Shown: positions 1-13,819 of the stretch, piece after piece | Position numbering within the stretch: the stretch's first letter is position 1 | How the letters are laid out: every line of letters begins with the position of its first letter | DNA from: Vicugna vicugna | Taxonomy: Eukaryota | NCBI GenBank assembly: GCA_013265495.1 | Contig: MU061578.1 | Span: 4,909,308 to 4,973,307 of the forward strand | Length of the DNA stretch: 64,000 bases | Direction: 5' to 3' | The notes under the pieces: model-generated | Told to the model about the DNA's origin: nothing | Databases searched by the model: none | The model's input: the letters and a program-made list of their open reading frames with translations, nothing else | Program-made: the position numbers and the translations under genes

Positions 1-1364
1 ACAGAGTTATGTGCTATTGGTCCAACTATTTCAATTTTGTATATGTTTCAAACCCATAATACTTTATTGTGCAACAAATATTCATTTATATTTCTCACAT
101 ATTTGCCCTTTGCATTGTTCTTAATTCCTATTTCTTCATTCACCCTCAAGCTTCCATCTAAGACCATTTTCTTTCTGCCTGAACAATATCCATTTCCTTT
201 AGTGTGGATTTTCTAGTGATAAAGTGTCAGTTTTTATGTGCCATATTTTTGGCATTCATTTTTGAAGAACATTTTTCCTAGATACAGAATTTTAGGTTGG
301 CAGAGGTTTTTTTTTTTAACACTTCTGCAGTGCAATTCTATTGTCTTCTTTTTAAAACAGATTTATTGATGTATAATTTACATACTGTAGCAATAGTAAT
401 TAAATCATACCAGAAAATTTGATGACTTTTAATAAATTTAGAGTTGTGTGACCATAACCAAAATCCAATATTAGAACATTTTCATCACTCTGAAAAGATT
501 TTTCATGTTTACTTGCAAACATTCCTTGTTCCCATCTCTAGCTCAAGGCAACCGGTAGTCTACTTTCTGTCTTTATATATTCACCAATTCTGACCATTTC
601 ATAAGAAGAGATAAATTGGGAGTTTGAAACCTGTATCTCTTGGGGATAGATGGGATTGTTAGGTATCTTGATTGTGGTGATGGTTCCACAGGTGTATACA
701 TCTATCAAAATGCTTCAAATTGTACATCTGAAACACATGTAATTTACTGTACAGAAATTATACCACAATCAAGTTGGGTTTTTTTTTTAATGGAATCATT
801 TGGATTTATACGTAGAAAATCATACAATATGTATTTATTGTGTCTTGCTTCTTTCCCTTAGAATAATTTTTTGGAGGTTCATTCATGTTGTAGCATGTAC
901 AGTACTTTGTTCTTTTTATTGCTGAATAGTACTCCGTTATATAGAGAGGTTGTTTTTTGCTTATCCATTCCATTCTATTGTCTTCTGACTTCCAGTATGT
1001 CCACTGAGATGTCAGCTGCCAGCATTATTGTTATTTTTAAATGCAATTTGTCCTTTACCTCTGGCTGCTTTAGTATTGTTTTTCTTAGGTTTTATTATTA
1101 TCTTTTTTATTATTGTTTATCTTAGGTTTTCAGCATTTTTACAGTGATCAGTGATGTGCCTTTGTGTGGCTTTCTTTATGTTTCTCTGCTTAGGATTTTT
1201 ACCACTTTTCACATTGTAGTTTGCTAGTTTGGTCAGTTTTGGAAAATTCTCAACCAGTCTCTCTTCAGATTTATCCTCTCTTTCCATTCTTCCTGGGACT
1301 ACTATTTATACATGATTTTTACCTTTCACATGTCTCATCCATTATACTTATTTTTTGTGTGTGA

Positions 1365-1850
1365 CTTGTATTCATTATATGTTGCTACATAACAAATGAC
1401 CCTAAAATTTAGCAGCCTTGAAACAACAAACATTTATTACCTCACAGTTTCTGTGGATCAGGAGTCCAGGAGCAAGTAGATGGGTCATTCTGGCTGAGTG
1501 TCTCTTGCAAGGTGGTTGTAGTCAAGCTGTGAGCCAGGGCTGTAGCCTCTGAAGGCTCAGCTTGGGGAGGATCCACTGCCAAGTTCACTCCTATTGTTGT
1601 TGGCTGGCCTCAGTTCCTCACCACGTAAGACTCTTCCCAGATTGCTGGAGTGGCTCTGTGATATGGCAACTGGCTTCCTGATAGAGAATGATCAGAGAAA
1701 GAGATAAAGAGAGAGAACATGACTAAGGTGGAAGCTATAGTCGATTTGTAACCTAATCTTGGAAGTGTCATTTTATCACTTTTGCCATATTCTGTTCATT
1801 AGAAGTTAGTCACTAGGTCCAGCTCATAATCAAGGGGAGGAGATTAACAC
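1365..1850. mobile_element. MLT1-type MaLR LTR relic
   Basis: Typical end tgtattcattatatgttgctacataacaaatgaccctaaaatttagcagccttgaaacaacaaacatttattacctcacagtttctgtgg. Confidence 0.7.
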
Positions 1851-1851
1851 A

Positions 1852-2780
1852 AGCAACAAAAGCAAAAATAAACAAGTGGGGCTACATCAAAATAAAAAGC
1901 TTCTGCAGAGCAAAAGAAATGCTCAAGAAAATGAAAAGGCAACCTACTTAATGGGAGAAAGTATTTGCAAACACATGTCTGATAAGGGGCTAATATCCAA
2001 AATATATAAAGAATTCATACAACTCAATAGCAAAAAAAAAAATCCGATTTGTAAATGGACAAAGGGCCTGAGCAGACATTTTTCCAAAGAAGATATTCAG
2101 ATGTCCAACAGATACAAAGATGTTCTATATTCAACATCACTAATTATTACAGAAATGCAAATCAAAACCACAATGAGATATCACTTCACACCTGTTAGAA
2201 TGGCTGTCATCAAAGAGATAAGATAAGTGTTGGCAAGGATGTGGAAAAAAGGGAACACTTGTGCTTTGTTGGTGGGAATGTAAATTGGTGCAGCCACTAT
2301 GGAAAGCAATACTGGAGGTTCCTCAAAAAATTAAAAATTGAACTACCATATGATCCAGCAATTCTGTTTATGGGTATATATCCAAAGGAAATGGAATTAC
2401 TACCTCAGAGAGATATCTGCACCCTCATGTTCATTGCAGCATTATTTACATTGGCCAAGTTACGGAAACAACTTAAGAGTCCATCAACAGATGAATGAAT
2501 AAAGAAAATGTGATTGATAAACACACACACACATATACTACTTTAAAAAAAAAGGAAACCCTGCCATTTGCAGCAAACATGGATGGGCGTTGAAGGCAGT
2601 ATGCTCAGTGAAATGTCAGAGAGAGAAAGATAAACACTGTAAGATCTCACTTATGTGTTGAATCTAAAACAACAGCAACAACAACAAAAACTCATAGAAA
2701 CAAAGAATAGATTTATGGTTGCCAGAGTTGGGGATAGGAGTAGGGGAATAGGGTGAAGGTGCTCAAAAGTTTCAACCTTC
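1852..2780 (+). mobile_element. L1 3' fragment (ORF2 C-terminus and 3' UTR)
   Basis: ORF pieces [12 protein letters not shown]...[21 protein letters not shown] and LKIELPYDPAI...CTLMFIAALFT are L1 ORF2 motifs. Confidence 0.92.
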
Positions 2781-2849
2781 TAATCACTTGGTTCTCCTGG
2801 CAACCAGCCCCTATCTTTTGGTGCTTTCTGATAGTCAGTCTGTTAACAT

Positions 2850-3110
2850 AATGCCACTGCCTCCTGCCCACTGCCATATAAGGACACCATCTTGGAAGGT
2901 GATCCTCCTGCCTAGTCCAGCCTTCAGACCACACTGCAACCTGGTCGACAGCTTGACTGCAATCTCATGAGACCTTGAGACAGAACCATCTAGCTAAGCC
3001 AGTCCCAAATTCCTGACCCACAGAAACTGTGTGAGATAATAAATGTTTACTGTTGTTTTAAGATGCTAAATTTTGGGATAATCTATGTCACAGCAATAAA
3101 TAACAATTAG
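2850..3110. mobile_element. MLT1-type LTR relic
   Basis: ccagccttcagac...gctaagccagtcccaaattcctgacccacagaaactgtgtgagataataaatgtt...cagcaataaataac terminus. Confidence 0.7.
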
Positions 3111-3280
3111 TCCACTGTCTTTTACAGCACTGTACTGGAGGGGAAATGAGCCACAGTTTACTGGATTTTGTTGTGACAAATTCCCAGCAATAGAATAACT
3201 GGCTCAAAGGCTATGGATAAAAATATGTTTCTTGACCTGACAGTCTGCTGCCAGCAATGAATATATCTTTTTGCCTTGAG

Positions 3281-3598
3281 AGGGGTTTGGCAAACTTTTT
3301 CTTAAAGGCCCAGATAGTAAATACTTCAGGTGATGTAGGCTTCATAGCAGCATAATTAAGGGTGTTATTGGGGGTGGGGTGTATAGCTCAGTGGTAAAGT
3401 GCATGCTTAGCATGCAGAGGTCCTGGGTTCAATTCCTAGTACCGCCATTAAAAAAAATAAGGATATTATGTAGGCACTTCGATAACCATCTAACAGGTAA
3501 CCATTTAAAAATGTAAAATCCTTTCTGAGCTCAGTGCCGTACAAAAGCAAGGTGTTGGGCTGAATTTGGCCCACTGGCCTTCATTTACCAACCCTTGG
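3281..3598. mobile_element. MER58-like hAT DNA transposon interrupted by a SINE
   Basis: Ends aggggtttggcaaactttttcttaaaggcccagatagtaaat and tttggcccactggccttcatttaccaacccttg form imperfect inverted repeats. Confidence 0.7.
3370..3457 (+). mobile_element. tRNA-Ala-derived SINE (camelid Vic-1-like)
   Basis: ggggtgtatagctcagtggtaaagtgcatgcttagcatgcagaggtcctgggttcaattcctagtacc with A and B boxes, an A tail and an imperfect target duplication (taagggtgttattg / taaggatattatg). Confidence 0.8.
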
Positions 3599-6500
3599 GC
3601 TGGAGTGTCAGCAATGCTGCATTTTGTAATTTACAGTTTTGCTCATAAAATAGATATCAAGCAATATTTTACTTTTGTTTTAATTTGTATGTGGTATATT
3701 TTAAGGAAAATAGTGAAATCTACTTATGCTAGTATTGCCCCAGTTATATGGAAAAGCCATTGGTCAGTTAGTTCAGTTCTTACTCAGTTGCCTATTTAAG
3801 AAATTTCTAGCCATTATATACTTCTAGCAGTATATAATCTTGGTGCAGCTCTTTTTTCCCTCATTATTCTTATTTTTTTTCGAATCTTACATGACTTTCA
3901 TTCTTTAAATCCAAACAAAATGAAATGTATTATGATTTTGAGAATTTGTATTTCTTTTTGCTTTTCATTTGGCTTAGGGTTATTAAGTTGGTAGATTCCA
4001 GTACAGATATGCAAGTCATCAAGCTTCCCTCCTTCCATTCTCAGCCAGTGGTTAGCAGAGTTCCCGCTAGCAGAATTAAATGTCTTCATTCAAGGATCTT
4101 CTCCACAGGGTCCAGCCTGGCAATCCAACCAAACACTGGGGTGAGCAAACGTTTCAAAGCATGCAAGAAAGCAGATTTTTGGTTCATTCTTGGAATCATG
4201 ATACTATTCAGTTATAAGTGTATATCATTCTTCAATAGGGACTTAAGAAAAAATACGCAGATTTTTGGCATTAAAGACTGGCTCTGTTGGGTTTCAGCAA
4301 AAACCACGCTCTTTGCTCCAGTTCAAAGGCAGAATGCTGGTGTTTTCTGACCAGAATCATAATAAAAGGTCTTGGCCATTCCTTTCACCAGGAAGAAGAA
4401 AGAATAAATTCACTAAATCCACTGGCCAAAAAGCACATTTAATTCTTTTAAATCTTTCACTGTGAAACAAATCATGTATTGTACCACTTGGAATTTAAAC
4501 TTTTAAAAATATATCCTTATAAAATAAATACATGGGCAACCGGTAATATTCTTTTAATGCTAAAAAAAAAAGAATATTGACGTGCATTTTATATAGTGGT
4601 ATTGATTTAGCTATCTATAAGTTATTGCTACAAAATAATGAAGCTGGTTTTCACAGATTAGTGAAGAGATTAATCTCACTGTTTTATAATTATGAATCAC
4701 ATAGTCAAGAGGAAGCTGCCATCCATGGAGCCTCTGAGTTGGAAAGAGTCTAGGGGGTCATCTAGGCCAGCTGCCTGTCCTGAACAGCAGGCTCTTCTCC
4801 AACCCCCAGCAAGCGTCTATCCATCCTCCACCTGGCCAACTTTACTGTTGGAAACAGCTCCTGATTCTTCCCAGGAAGTATTTCTCACGGCGCCACCTCA
4901 GACAGGTTGATAGCAGGGCCTTTTGACAAATGCTTGAGGTGAATGGAGCCTCCATCACGTCAAATGTAGGAAACTTGGGGAGTTGTTTGGTAGAGACTTC
5001 CACGGATTTTTTTGATATTCTGGAAATGGAGCACTAGCACCTGAGGCTTGAAGGCGCCCTGGCCTGTCCCAGCTAATGCAGTACCACAGAAAAGCTGAGT
5101 GGGAGCTCGGTGCTGACGTCACAGTCTCCCACCTCCAGGTCCAAAACTAGATCTTGGGATCTCAGTACATGTGAGTAGTCACTTCGACATTTACTGTCAA
5201 TGCCACAGGGATATCTTGTGCATGGGTCCTGCGTATTACACAAGTGTGCCTATAGGATCCATTAATAGAAGTGGAATTTCTAGGTTGAAGACTATGTGAA
5301 TATCAGAATAATTTTATTCATCCAGCCAATTTTTTTTCTAAAAACGTTATACCAAATTAAAACACCAGCAGTGGCATTCCCCCATATCCTCATCAACTTA
5401 AAATTTTTGCCAATCTGGTAGGTAAAAAACAATTGTATCATACTTATATTTGGTTTCTGTTTAGGCTATTCTTCCAGACTCTTTCCAATATGTGCCTTCT
5501 TTTTCTGCCATTAACTGTTAGTCAAATAATTAGGTCAATGAATTTTAATTTGAAGCAATTTTGAACATAATCAAATTGTTAGACATTTAGCCACTTAACT
5601 GCCAGCCAGCTCCTATCTATGACCATGTTAATGGTGGATCTCCCTTTTTTTAAATTGTAGTTCAGGCTTCTTTGCCAACAGTTCTATGCCATGCTCTTGA
5701 AAAGGGTTACATATTCCTGGTGCAACTGGATGATGATGCTGTCGATACAGATCCTGGTGCCTCTGGTGATCATTATGCTCAGCCTCTCACTCCTCAACTT
5801 CAAAACAAGTATGGAAAATGTCCCATTGGAGCTGACCCTAAAATCATATGTTCAAACTATTGTTCCATTGTTTATTTCTCCAAATTCCAGGCTGGGTCCT
5901 CAGCTTTCATAACATTTTACAGATATGCTTGTGGCTGAAGAACAGATTCCTATGAAGCTGCTAAGTAAGTCCCAGGCAAGGAGAATGGGGCAGGAAGCAG
6001 GTCCATTGCTCCCTGCAGTGAAGCCATGTGCTTCCAGGCCACCTGATGCTCCCTAAAGTCAGAGTGAATGGCCAAAAGTCTCAGAAAAATATCTTTCAAA
6101 ACCCAAATGGCAGGAAAGGGAGAGTTCCTAGAAATGAAACCAAGTTGTGTCTTTCTAGGGATTAGAACATGTCCACAAAAGAAACTGATACATTTCCTGA
6201 TATATTCTAATGTACTGAAAAGAGAGTTACACTTCTATCAAGGGAGTATGTGGATGACTTGGTGATAGATGTGGAGAAAACTAAGCAAATGAGAAAAGGA
6301 GAACGTTATTAACTTCAGGGGAGGAAGGCTGTACCAAAAAAGAAACCTGTCATAATATACTGCTTGATTCAGCTGTGAATAATTTTTACTTTGTTATAGT
6401 AATGTCAAAACAGACTGTTGATTTAACCAAATTTATAATACAACTCTAGAGGGAGGAGAGGGGAGGGGAAGACCAGAGAGGCTGGGCATAGTCATAAGAG

Positions 6501-9500
6501 AACAAAATCCTTGCTTCCGTGATAGGATGTCAATAGAGAAATGGGGTATCTAGCAGTCTGGAGAAATACCAACTAGAAGATTTCAAAGTAGTTGCCTCTG
6601 GTGAGCAGTTACCAGGGATGGTGAAGGGTAGGCCACAGCACTGCTACTTCTCATTATAATTTTTATATAATTATTTGATTTTTAAAATTATATTCATGTG
6701 TTATTTTAAATTGAAAATTTTAAGAAAGTTTTTTAGTAAAGTGATGAAATGCAGAACATCCTATAGCAAAATAGTTGGAATTGCAGTACCCTGCCTCTCC
6801 CTTGCAAAATGGAGAGAATAATAAAACTTGCCTCATGTTGTCCTCGGAGGCTTCCACGAGGGAGTGCCTATCACGGGCTTTGCACACTGTAACGCTGGCG
6901 CTCAGTAATCTTCAGTCGGTGATACAATTCTCAGTATTGTTGTTGCTATGATTGAGGGTCCCTTCCAGCACTAAAAATTCCAGAATTCTAGGTGGGTCAT
7001 ATATCTTACCTGGCACTGTGTGCTGGAAGTACTGTGATGAACAATATTATTACCAGTCCTTAATGAGCGTCTAGCCCAGAGGTCATATGGATAAGTGACA
7101 TTAGTTACAATGCAAAGGAACAGTAAGTGGTGATCATCACACAGACACATCTCAGCCTTAGAGGGGCAGAGGATACTTCCGAGATAAGAGCCTAAGGTAT
7201 GAACAGGAATTGACCTGTAGTAGGGGAAGATAACCCAAAGAACATTCCAAACCACGAGAAGAGCATTTGTAAACATGGGGAATGGTGAGTCCTTAGGCAT
7301 GGCTAGAACTTAAAGACAGGAAGCTGAGTTTGGATAGTCATCAGGCACTGTAGGTCATGTGCAGGCATCTGGCTTTATCCCAAGAGCAATGGGGAGTCAC
7401 TTGAAGTTATTGGGTGGGTGCAATATGATCAGATATGTCCTCTCACACAGAGACCGGAGGGACTGGATAGGAGGCAAGGAGCTCCATTAGTCCAGGCAAA
7501 GGTGGCGGGGCCTGGACTACATCAAGGCCATGGGGAGGAGGGGAGTAGACAAAGCTGAGAGAGATTTAAAAGATGGCTGGACAAGACTTTTTTTTTCACT
7601 GCTCCAGTCAAAGAAAGGAAAACTTTCTTTGAGCCATGGGGCTAGGGCAGGAGGCAACCCTGTGGACAAAGGGGATCACTGCAATCAAGGGCACGCTCAT
7701 GTCAGGAGGAGCCCCCTTCTGGATGTGAGCGGGGCTTGGTGATGAGATAGAGACCCAGGAGGACCAGCGGTGAGGGGAGGCCAAAGGCAGGTCCTCTCTG
7801 CCCTGTTGGGCCTGATGTGAATGTTCTGCTCTCTTCTAGGTTCAGTGGAGACGTTCCTCTTAAACAAGTCCGAGGAGGAACCCGAGGTCTTTGATCAGAA
7901 CTACATAGTGGCAGCTTCCTTCGAAGACATGGGAAACCACACCATAGTGACAGCGCTGTTCAACAACCAGGCCTACCATTCCTCTGCCCTGGCACTGGCC
8001 CTGGTGGACAACGTTCTCTCCAAGTTGCTTTCTGGTGCCAGGGCTTCAATTACGGTATTCAACCACCCTCAACCTCAGTCACGCTTGGAGACCTCGGAGA
8101 ATATCTTCTATGAGTATGTGCAGCTTTTCCTCCTTCCTCACTGCAGTGCTTCTCCCTTAACCTCCCATGTCTTCCTTTTTTTGTTTCTTGTTTTAATTAC
8201 AAATTGTTATTTTGGAAGATGGTTGCTGTCAGCAGTTGCACTTAAACCGCTACCTCTCTCCTCATATCTTGTCTTCTACAGGGGCCCTAAAGGACATTAT
8301 CTTGTTATCAGCTTGCTTTTTGGAATAGCTTTCTTGTCTAGCTCTTTCTCCATCTTGATAGTCAAAGAGAGATCCATCAAGGCCAAGCACGTCCAGTTCA
8401 TCAGTGGAGTTTACGTGGCTACTTTCTGGCTCTCTGGTCTGCTCTGGGACCTCATCTCCTTCCTCATTGCCACTCTGCTGCTGCTGGTGAGGGCAGTGTG
8501 GTGCTGGTGCCCTTCCCCTGCAAGGCACAGGGGACTCTGTGAAGACCCAGAACCGGACCAAGAGTCCAGGCTGGCAGCTCAGCCCCTGATTGGCAACACA
8601 GGGTGTGAAAGCACGTTCATCGCTGACCCTCAATAAAAGATGATTCAGGTCCCAGCATCCTTAGGAGCAGAGGGGCCTGCTCTAGTGTCTCTAATTTGTG
8701 GCTTTCCCAGAACTGCTGCCCCAAGCTAGTTAAAGACAGTGCCTTGGGGACATGTGTTTATCGTCCAGGAATAGCTCACCAGGGCATTGAGGGGTGCAAG
8801 TGTTTGGGTGACTGAGGTGTGCAGCTTGAGGTTCCCTGATCATTTATGCAGAGTGGATCACGTCCTCCTTTGTTCTGCTTCTGTGTTTTGTAAACGTCTC
8901 TGAGGCCTTGATCTCACCGCGCTGATTTCCAGGGGCAGAGCCAGCTGTTGCTGCACTATTGGCACTAGTCAGTGAAGGGAGTTGCCCGTGGAGTACTTCT
9001 AACACCTTATTTACCTTACTTTTAAAACTGAGATTATCGTTTTCTTTCTCTAAAATGCTTAGGATTGACTCTCAGTGACACTTTTGCAAATTCTACCCCC
9101 CTTTCCTAAGGTGGTGTTTCTGTACTACAATGAAGAGGCTTTTAAACATGAGGAAAACATCCTGGCTGTTTTCTTGATGCTAATGCTCTATGGCTGGGCT
9201 ATCATCTCCTTCATCTACTTGACCAGCTTCTGCTTTGACCATTCGGGCAGCGCCTGTGTTAAGGTCATCATCACGCTCACCTTCTTGAGCATCAGCCCCC
9301 TTGTCCTCATCGCAGTCACAAGTGAAAAAGGTGAGGACCATCCACACATCACGCAGCTTTAACCCTCCCCCCAGCAGCCACAGAAGTTGTACCCGTGAAA
9401 GCGTGTGTCTGCCCGGGGCCTGTGCGAGGCTCATCTCAGCGGCTGTCGTCGGTAGAGCCACAAACCATCCACGTCCCAGATGTGCATCTCCTAGAGGACA

Positions 9501-11289
9501 GAGACACACAGCAGTTATATTCATCAGCGGAGTATGCTCAGCACTGTAAAGGGAACAGACATTCACCGCATGCAGAAGTGAGGACAGATGTCAAAACATG
9601 GTGCTGTGCGGAAGAGGCACACTCTGAGCCAGGAAGCAGTTGCCTCAGAGCCAGGGGAAGGGCTCCACTAAATAGAGGCCTTAGGGCACTTTCTGCAGTG
9701 ATGCAAACATTCGGTATCTTGAACAAGGTGTTGCTTACTTGGGCATAAATATTAGCAAAATTCAAAAAACTATCTACTTATGATCATGCATTTCACTGAA
9801 ATAACTTATTCCTCAGTTTAAAAGAAGGTAATAATAAGCCAGGGTTGGGCGAAGGCTGCTTGGTGACATGTAATTAGAGTAAAAGAAGCTGCGGAGTGAG
9901 CCATCATTCACACCATGTATTTAAAACTGATGCCTTCCTGTCTGGGCTGCCATCTCTCTCTGGGTCAGGGCTGGATGCACTCGAGCATGCTTTACCTCTG
10001 TAATGCTCTTGTTCATTTACATTCATGCTGACCACCTCCTTTAAATTGACTTTTGGGTTTCGTTGGGTGTTTTGTTTTGTTTAAAACTACGTTGACAGCT
10101 TCCTCTGCTGTCACCTTGGGAGTCGTTGTCTCTTACAGGACATTTCATGTATGTATTCTTATCTATTTGGAATGTATTTCACTGGTCTCAGAGTCTGTGA
10201 TACCTTTTCTAGTTCTCATTCATACCACCTGTGGAATTTCAGAGGAAGAATTACTTTCATCTGAGAGGATCAGAAAAGTGACAGTGTTTTGACTTTATGA
10301 TTGAAATAGAACAGAAAATGCACTGCAGGCAAAGGAATGGGGACTCACAGAGGACTGTCCTGAGGGAGTCTGAACCCAGCAGTTCTCAGATGCAGCGTGT
10401 CCCCGAGACTGATGCATCAGCCCTTAAAGACATAGCCTGTGTGATTCCAACACAGGTGGTCCAGGGGATCATTCTGAGAAATGCTGCCCTCATCTCTGGG
10501 GAAAGTCTTGCTCCTTTCCTACTCTCCTCTGCCACCCAACCCACTCCAGAGGGACAAGCACCTGAAAGTCCAAGGACACTGAGGGCCCTGATAGGAGCGC
10601 AGCTTTTTGAGAAGATAACTGATGACCACGCTAGCGCTTGACTCTCTAGACATTCTCTCTGGATCCTTTGGCCTACCTAGGATTCATTTCTTCTTAGATT
10701 GCTTCATGCTGTTCCTTCTCTTCTTTCCTGTGCTGCAATAACAAGGACCAAGGCCCTTCCTCTGCGTAGCAGGAGGCATCTTCCAACTTAAAAACTAAGT
10801 GGAAATCAGGTGAGTCACCGGGGAAGCAAGGATGGGACATGGCAAGAAGCTCTATCTCTGGTCTGGGGAAAAGGATGCCAGTGCCTTCTTGGGCCCCATC
10901 CCTACTTCCTGAGAAAGAAAACCATTACAGACTGGACCTTGGGCCCTGTACACACGCCCTAGGGGCCTCATTAGGATGCTGTCACCACAGTAGACAGAGT
11001 TGTGAAAGCTAATTCTTCACTCTCATTTTCCTAAGACCCCACTAAAATGATAGCAAAGAAATAAAAATTATGAATTTACGATGAAGAGGCAGCTAAAGTA
11101 CATTCAGAGAGGAAATGGCTGAGCAAGGACCTAATTTAGTGACATAATCCTGGAAAAGCTTGAGACCTCAGAGAAAGGGAGGGAAGGCTGGGCTAGAAAC
11201 AGTCTGTTCCATCCCAGCTGTCTCTGTTCCCACTTCCCACCCGGAAGCAGTCAGAGATCTCTCCTCTTGATGAATCAAACCTGCTTCCA

Positions 11290-12010
11290 AAAGAGTCCCC
11301 TGCCTGGTTGCCCTAAAATGTGGCCTGCCCCATACCTCCATACACAAAGCTAGCAGGAGTAGAAAAATACAGGAAATGAAACCAAGCAAAACAAAGATTC
11401 TGGAAAGGGTTTCATTATCAAACAACAAAATTCCATGAAGAGGAGAACTTTGAGACCGAGAAAGGGCTGATTGCCAAAATAAAAATTTAGCAGACGGGTT
11501 GGAAAATGAAAGCAATTAACCTCCCGGAAAGTAGAGCAAAAAAAATAAAAGAAATAGAGAAATGGAGAGAAAAGGCAAGTAACGTAAGAGTAAGTCCAGG
11601 AGATGCTACAGTATTCAGTTGATAAGCATGCCAGAAAGAGAAAACAAAGGAAATGAAGTAGAGGAAGTTACCGAAGAAATAAAGCAAGAAAATTTCCCAG
11701 AGTTGAAAAAACCAACGTCGAGACTGAAGGGATCCATCAGATGTCCAACACTGAATGAAAAAAGACCCACACCACTAAACTAGTTAGAAGATAACTAGTT
11801 CTACACTCAGTTCAGTTGTCAGTCAGGTGGAGGGACAGAACAAAGACAATTTCAGACGGGCAAATGGAAATTTTACCCACCAGGTCACTTTCTTGGAAAC
11901 TTAATTAAGGATATAGGCCAGCAAAATGAAAAAGTAAAGCAATAAAGAAGGCATGAGATCCAGAAAAGAGTGAATCCAGCCCAGGAGTGTGGCAAAGAAA
12001 AGCCTATTCA
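11290..12010 (+). mobile_element. Old L1 5'/ORF1-region fragment
   Basis: A-rich, with gaaaatttcccagagttgaa and gaaaaaagacccacacc motifs typical of ancient L1 ORF1. Confidence 0.55.
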
Positions 12011-13819
12011 ACTGGAGGGCTGCATAGTGATGGTTTGTGACCTCTCCTCAGTCTTCAACCAACTGTGGAATAGAATCCAGAGAGAAGGAAGGAAGGAAAC
12101 TAAGCAAGAGCTGTAAATATCTGTTCCTTTGATTAGACATACTATTGGTGAACACTTTGTCTGATTCTGGTTAGGGTGAGCTTGGGCCACGGGGGTTGTC
12201 CCCTCTCAGATTTCAGCCACTACTCTTTTAGGGGCCCAGAATCATTGCTGAGCAAGGGTAGGTCTGGGCAGAGACGCAGCTGACTGTTAATGCCTAGGCT
12301 GGGCTCATGAGCCTCATTTTGCAGTTCAGTCTTTCTACTCCACACGGGAGCTGCAGTGCTAATGTTTTGATTGTTTCCCCCTCGCCCCTCCACCTCAGCC
12401 TCCAGGCTAGATTTCCACATTTAGAATTCTAAAGAGGGAAAACTAGGAGGACGTGCCCCAGTGTGCCCCTCTTTCAGTGCCATGTGTGCCACCTGTGCAG
12501 GTGTCCTACTGAGCTACGGTCTCCTAGGATGCACCTAATGTCTGGTCACCAGCACCATGACCCTCGGGCCTCAATGAGACTGTAGACCACCACAGCCTCT
12601 GAGTTGAGCCCTAACTGCGCTTCAAGCCCCATGGGTAGACCCTGGCTCTGCAACTCAGTTTCGGAATCCTGGCCCAAAAAATGTTGGTTGGGAGACCTCA
12701 TATCCTAGTTCAATTTATCATACATCACAGTGGCTCAGTTGCATTATGAACTGTAAACATGGTCCCGTTACTGGACCACTCCCCATGCAGCACACTGTGA
12801 AATAATTCTCTTACAAGTTAATTAGCTTATGTGTAGCATATTTATTTTGTAGAATGATCATGTTTATTTGTTAGAAATAAACCTGTAAAATATTTTAAAT
12901 GTACCACAGTTTATTTTATAGCCCTGCCTGGCATTTCTTCACTTTTCAGTACAACATGAACTTAAAAATTGGCTTCTCTAACCTCTAAGAGGCCCCAGTT
13001 TCTGTATATTTATTTTATAACCAGCCAATTTACTGAACTGTATTTTATTTCTTAAAATACTCTGGTAGATTCTCGTGGCTTTTCCAGGGACATGATAATG
13101 TATAGCATCTGCAAATAATGATGGATTTGCCTCCACAAACTGTCCAGGCAGGGACTGTGTTCTTATCCACTTATAAGATGACACTCATATAACTCCGAAG
13201 CTAGCCCACCAGACCCTCCTGTCTGGCCCCAACTCATCTGTAAACCTCCAGCCTTCAAATTCACCGCTTCCACATGTGCATCCTATACTGCACACACGCT
13301 TTTGCTGGTTTTCCCAAACACACCAACCTGCTTCCAATTCATCTGCATGAACAATTGGATTAAAATTAAAATGACGGATTTGAGAAGCGCTGCAAAAGAA
13401 AAATACTTATGGCTTGGGGGCTGAAGAGGAAGAGGGAACACTGGGAGTCAGGGAGAACCTGATTTCTGATATTGGGGCCTGGGAGTGTGACGGGCAGTGA
13501 TAGATACAGCAGTAGATACAGATAACGGGTCCTCTATATAGGAAAAACCAGCACGGTGGGTTCAGAGAGATACTAGGGGATGTGCCCTTTTCTTCCTGAA
13601 AAAAGAGTCCATCTTTTCTTTTTCCCTCACAGAACTGGACTACATAACGGTCTTAGATTCCTTGGATCACACATTCCTACTGCTTCCAGGCCACTGCCTG
13701 GGGATGGCTTTCTCCAACTTATATTACAACTTTGAACTACAGAAGTTTTGCAATGCCAAGAGCCTGAACCAGACTGAGTGCAATGAAGTTCGTGAGTATT
13801 GCAAGTGGAATTTGTTAAT

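Noticed and set aside
3370..3445. tRNA-Ala gene
   Set aside because: Mismatched stems, an A tail and a target duplication indicate a SINE; the same holds for 21902-21980.
3925..4350. 141-aa ORF in AT-rich intron sequence
   Set aside because: No recognisable homology or splice context; treated as a chance ORF, although the region remains unassigned.
7821..8636. 271-aa ORF read as a single exon
   Set aside because: It is two ABCA17 exons joined by a 168-nt stop-free intron (8114-8281) with normal GT/AG ends.
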